A stretch of 63,584 nucleotides of DNA, filler included, from Bigelowiella natans CCMP2755 (taxonomy: Eukaryota > Protista > Cercozoa): the NCBI GenBank assembly GCA_000320545.1. It is 7 parts of 7 records of this genome, joined end to end, with 100 filler letters (N's around TTAATTAATTAA, not from the genome) between each part and the next. Parts side by side here need not be neighbours in the genome. Positions count along the whole stretch, not along the records: positions 61,997 to 63,584 come from ADNK01003357.1; 6 more parts are not named here. The stretch is one strand, 5' to 3'. The notes under the pieces are model-generated. The model saw nothing but the letters and a program-made list of their open reading frames with translations. It did not search any database and was not told the DNA's origin. Positions 63,524 to 63,584 of this stretch are shown here, piece by piece; the stretch's first letter is position 1; every line of letters starts with the position of its first letter. The position numbers were made by a program, and so were the translations under genes.

Positions 63524-63584
63524 AGGTCTAAGGGAATAAGGAAGGAAGGAAGGAGCAACGTGACTTGTGCTCGCGTAGTAGTAC
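61997..63584 (+). mobile_element. 3' part of a Ty3/Gypsy-like LTR retrotransposon (pol end, PPT, start of 3' LTR)
   Basis: RNase H end precedes the integrase; purine tract at about 63530-63555 followed by TG at 63561. Confidence 0.85.

Overview
Eukaryotic, intron-rich protist nuclear DNA. A chlorarachniophyte/rhizarian-like alga is a tentative guess from intron style and bipartite-looking leaders; the sequence does not prove it. Seven contigs are joined by six artificial 100-nt N/TTAATTAATTAA linkers. Recognisable genes: homoserine kinase (thrB), an F-box/cyclin, a J-domain fragment, a secreted Cys-rich protein, diaminopimelate epimerase (dapF), a Methyltransf_32-type methyltransferase, an EF-hand protein, a cytochrome P450, a PPR-like protein, the 3' end of a Cu-type P1B ATPase, a TH1-domain AGC kinase, a nucleotide-sugar transporter, a DUSP-domain protein, a PCO/ADO thiol dioxygenase, an ankyrin protein, an RDH-like SDR, and the 3' end of a Ty3/Gypsy-like LTR retrotransposon. 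The most striking signal is non-genic. About ten discrete 0.25-1.4 kb islands, mostly intergenic, are purged of TpA except in CTAG and, less often, CTAN/NTAG. CpG is retained and TG/CA/CATG/TGCA are abundant. This looks like the footprint of a targeted TpA->TpG/CpA hypermutation (A->G in TAH context), the reverse of fungal RIP. One island covers a tyrosine-free, frameshifted vWA pseudogene. The retrotransposon is TpA-rich and untouched, and carries a degenerate Dam-like adenine-methyltransferase domain after its integrase. All counts are hand counts, exon boundaries were read by eye, and family calls come from motif recognition, not database searches.
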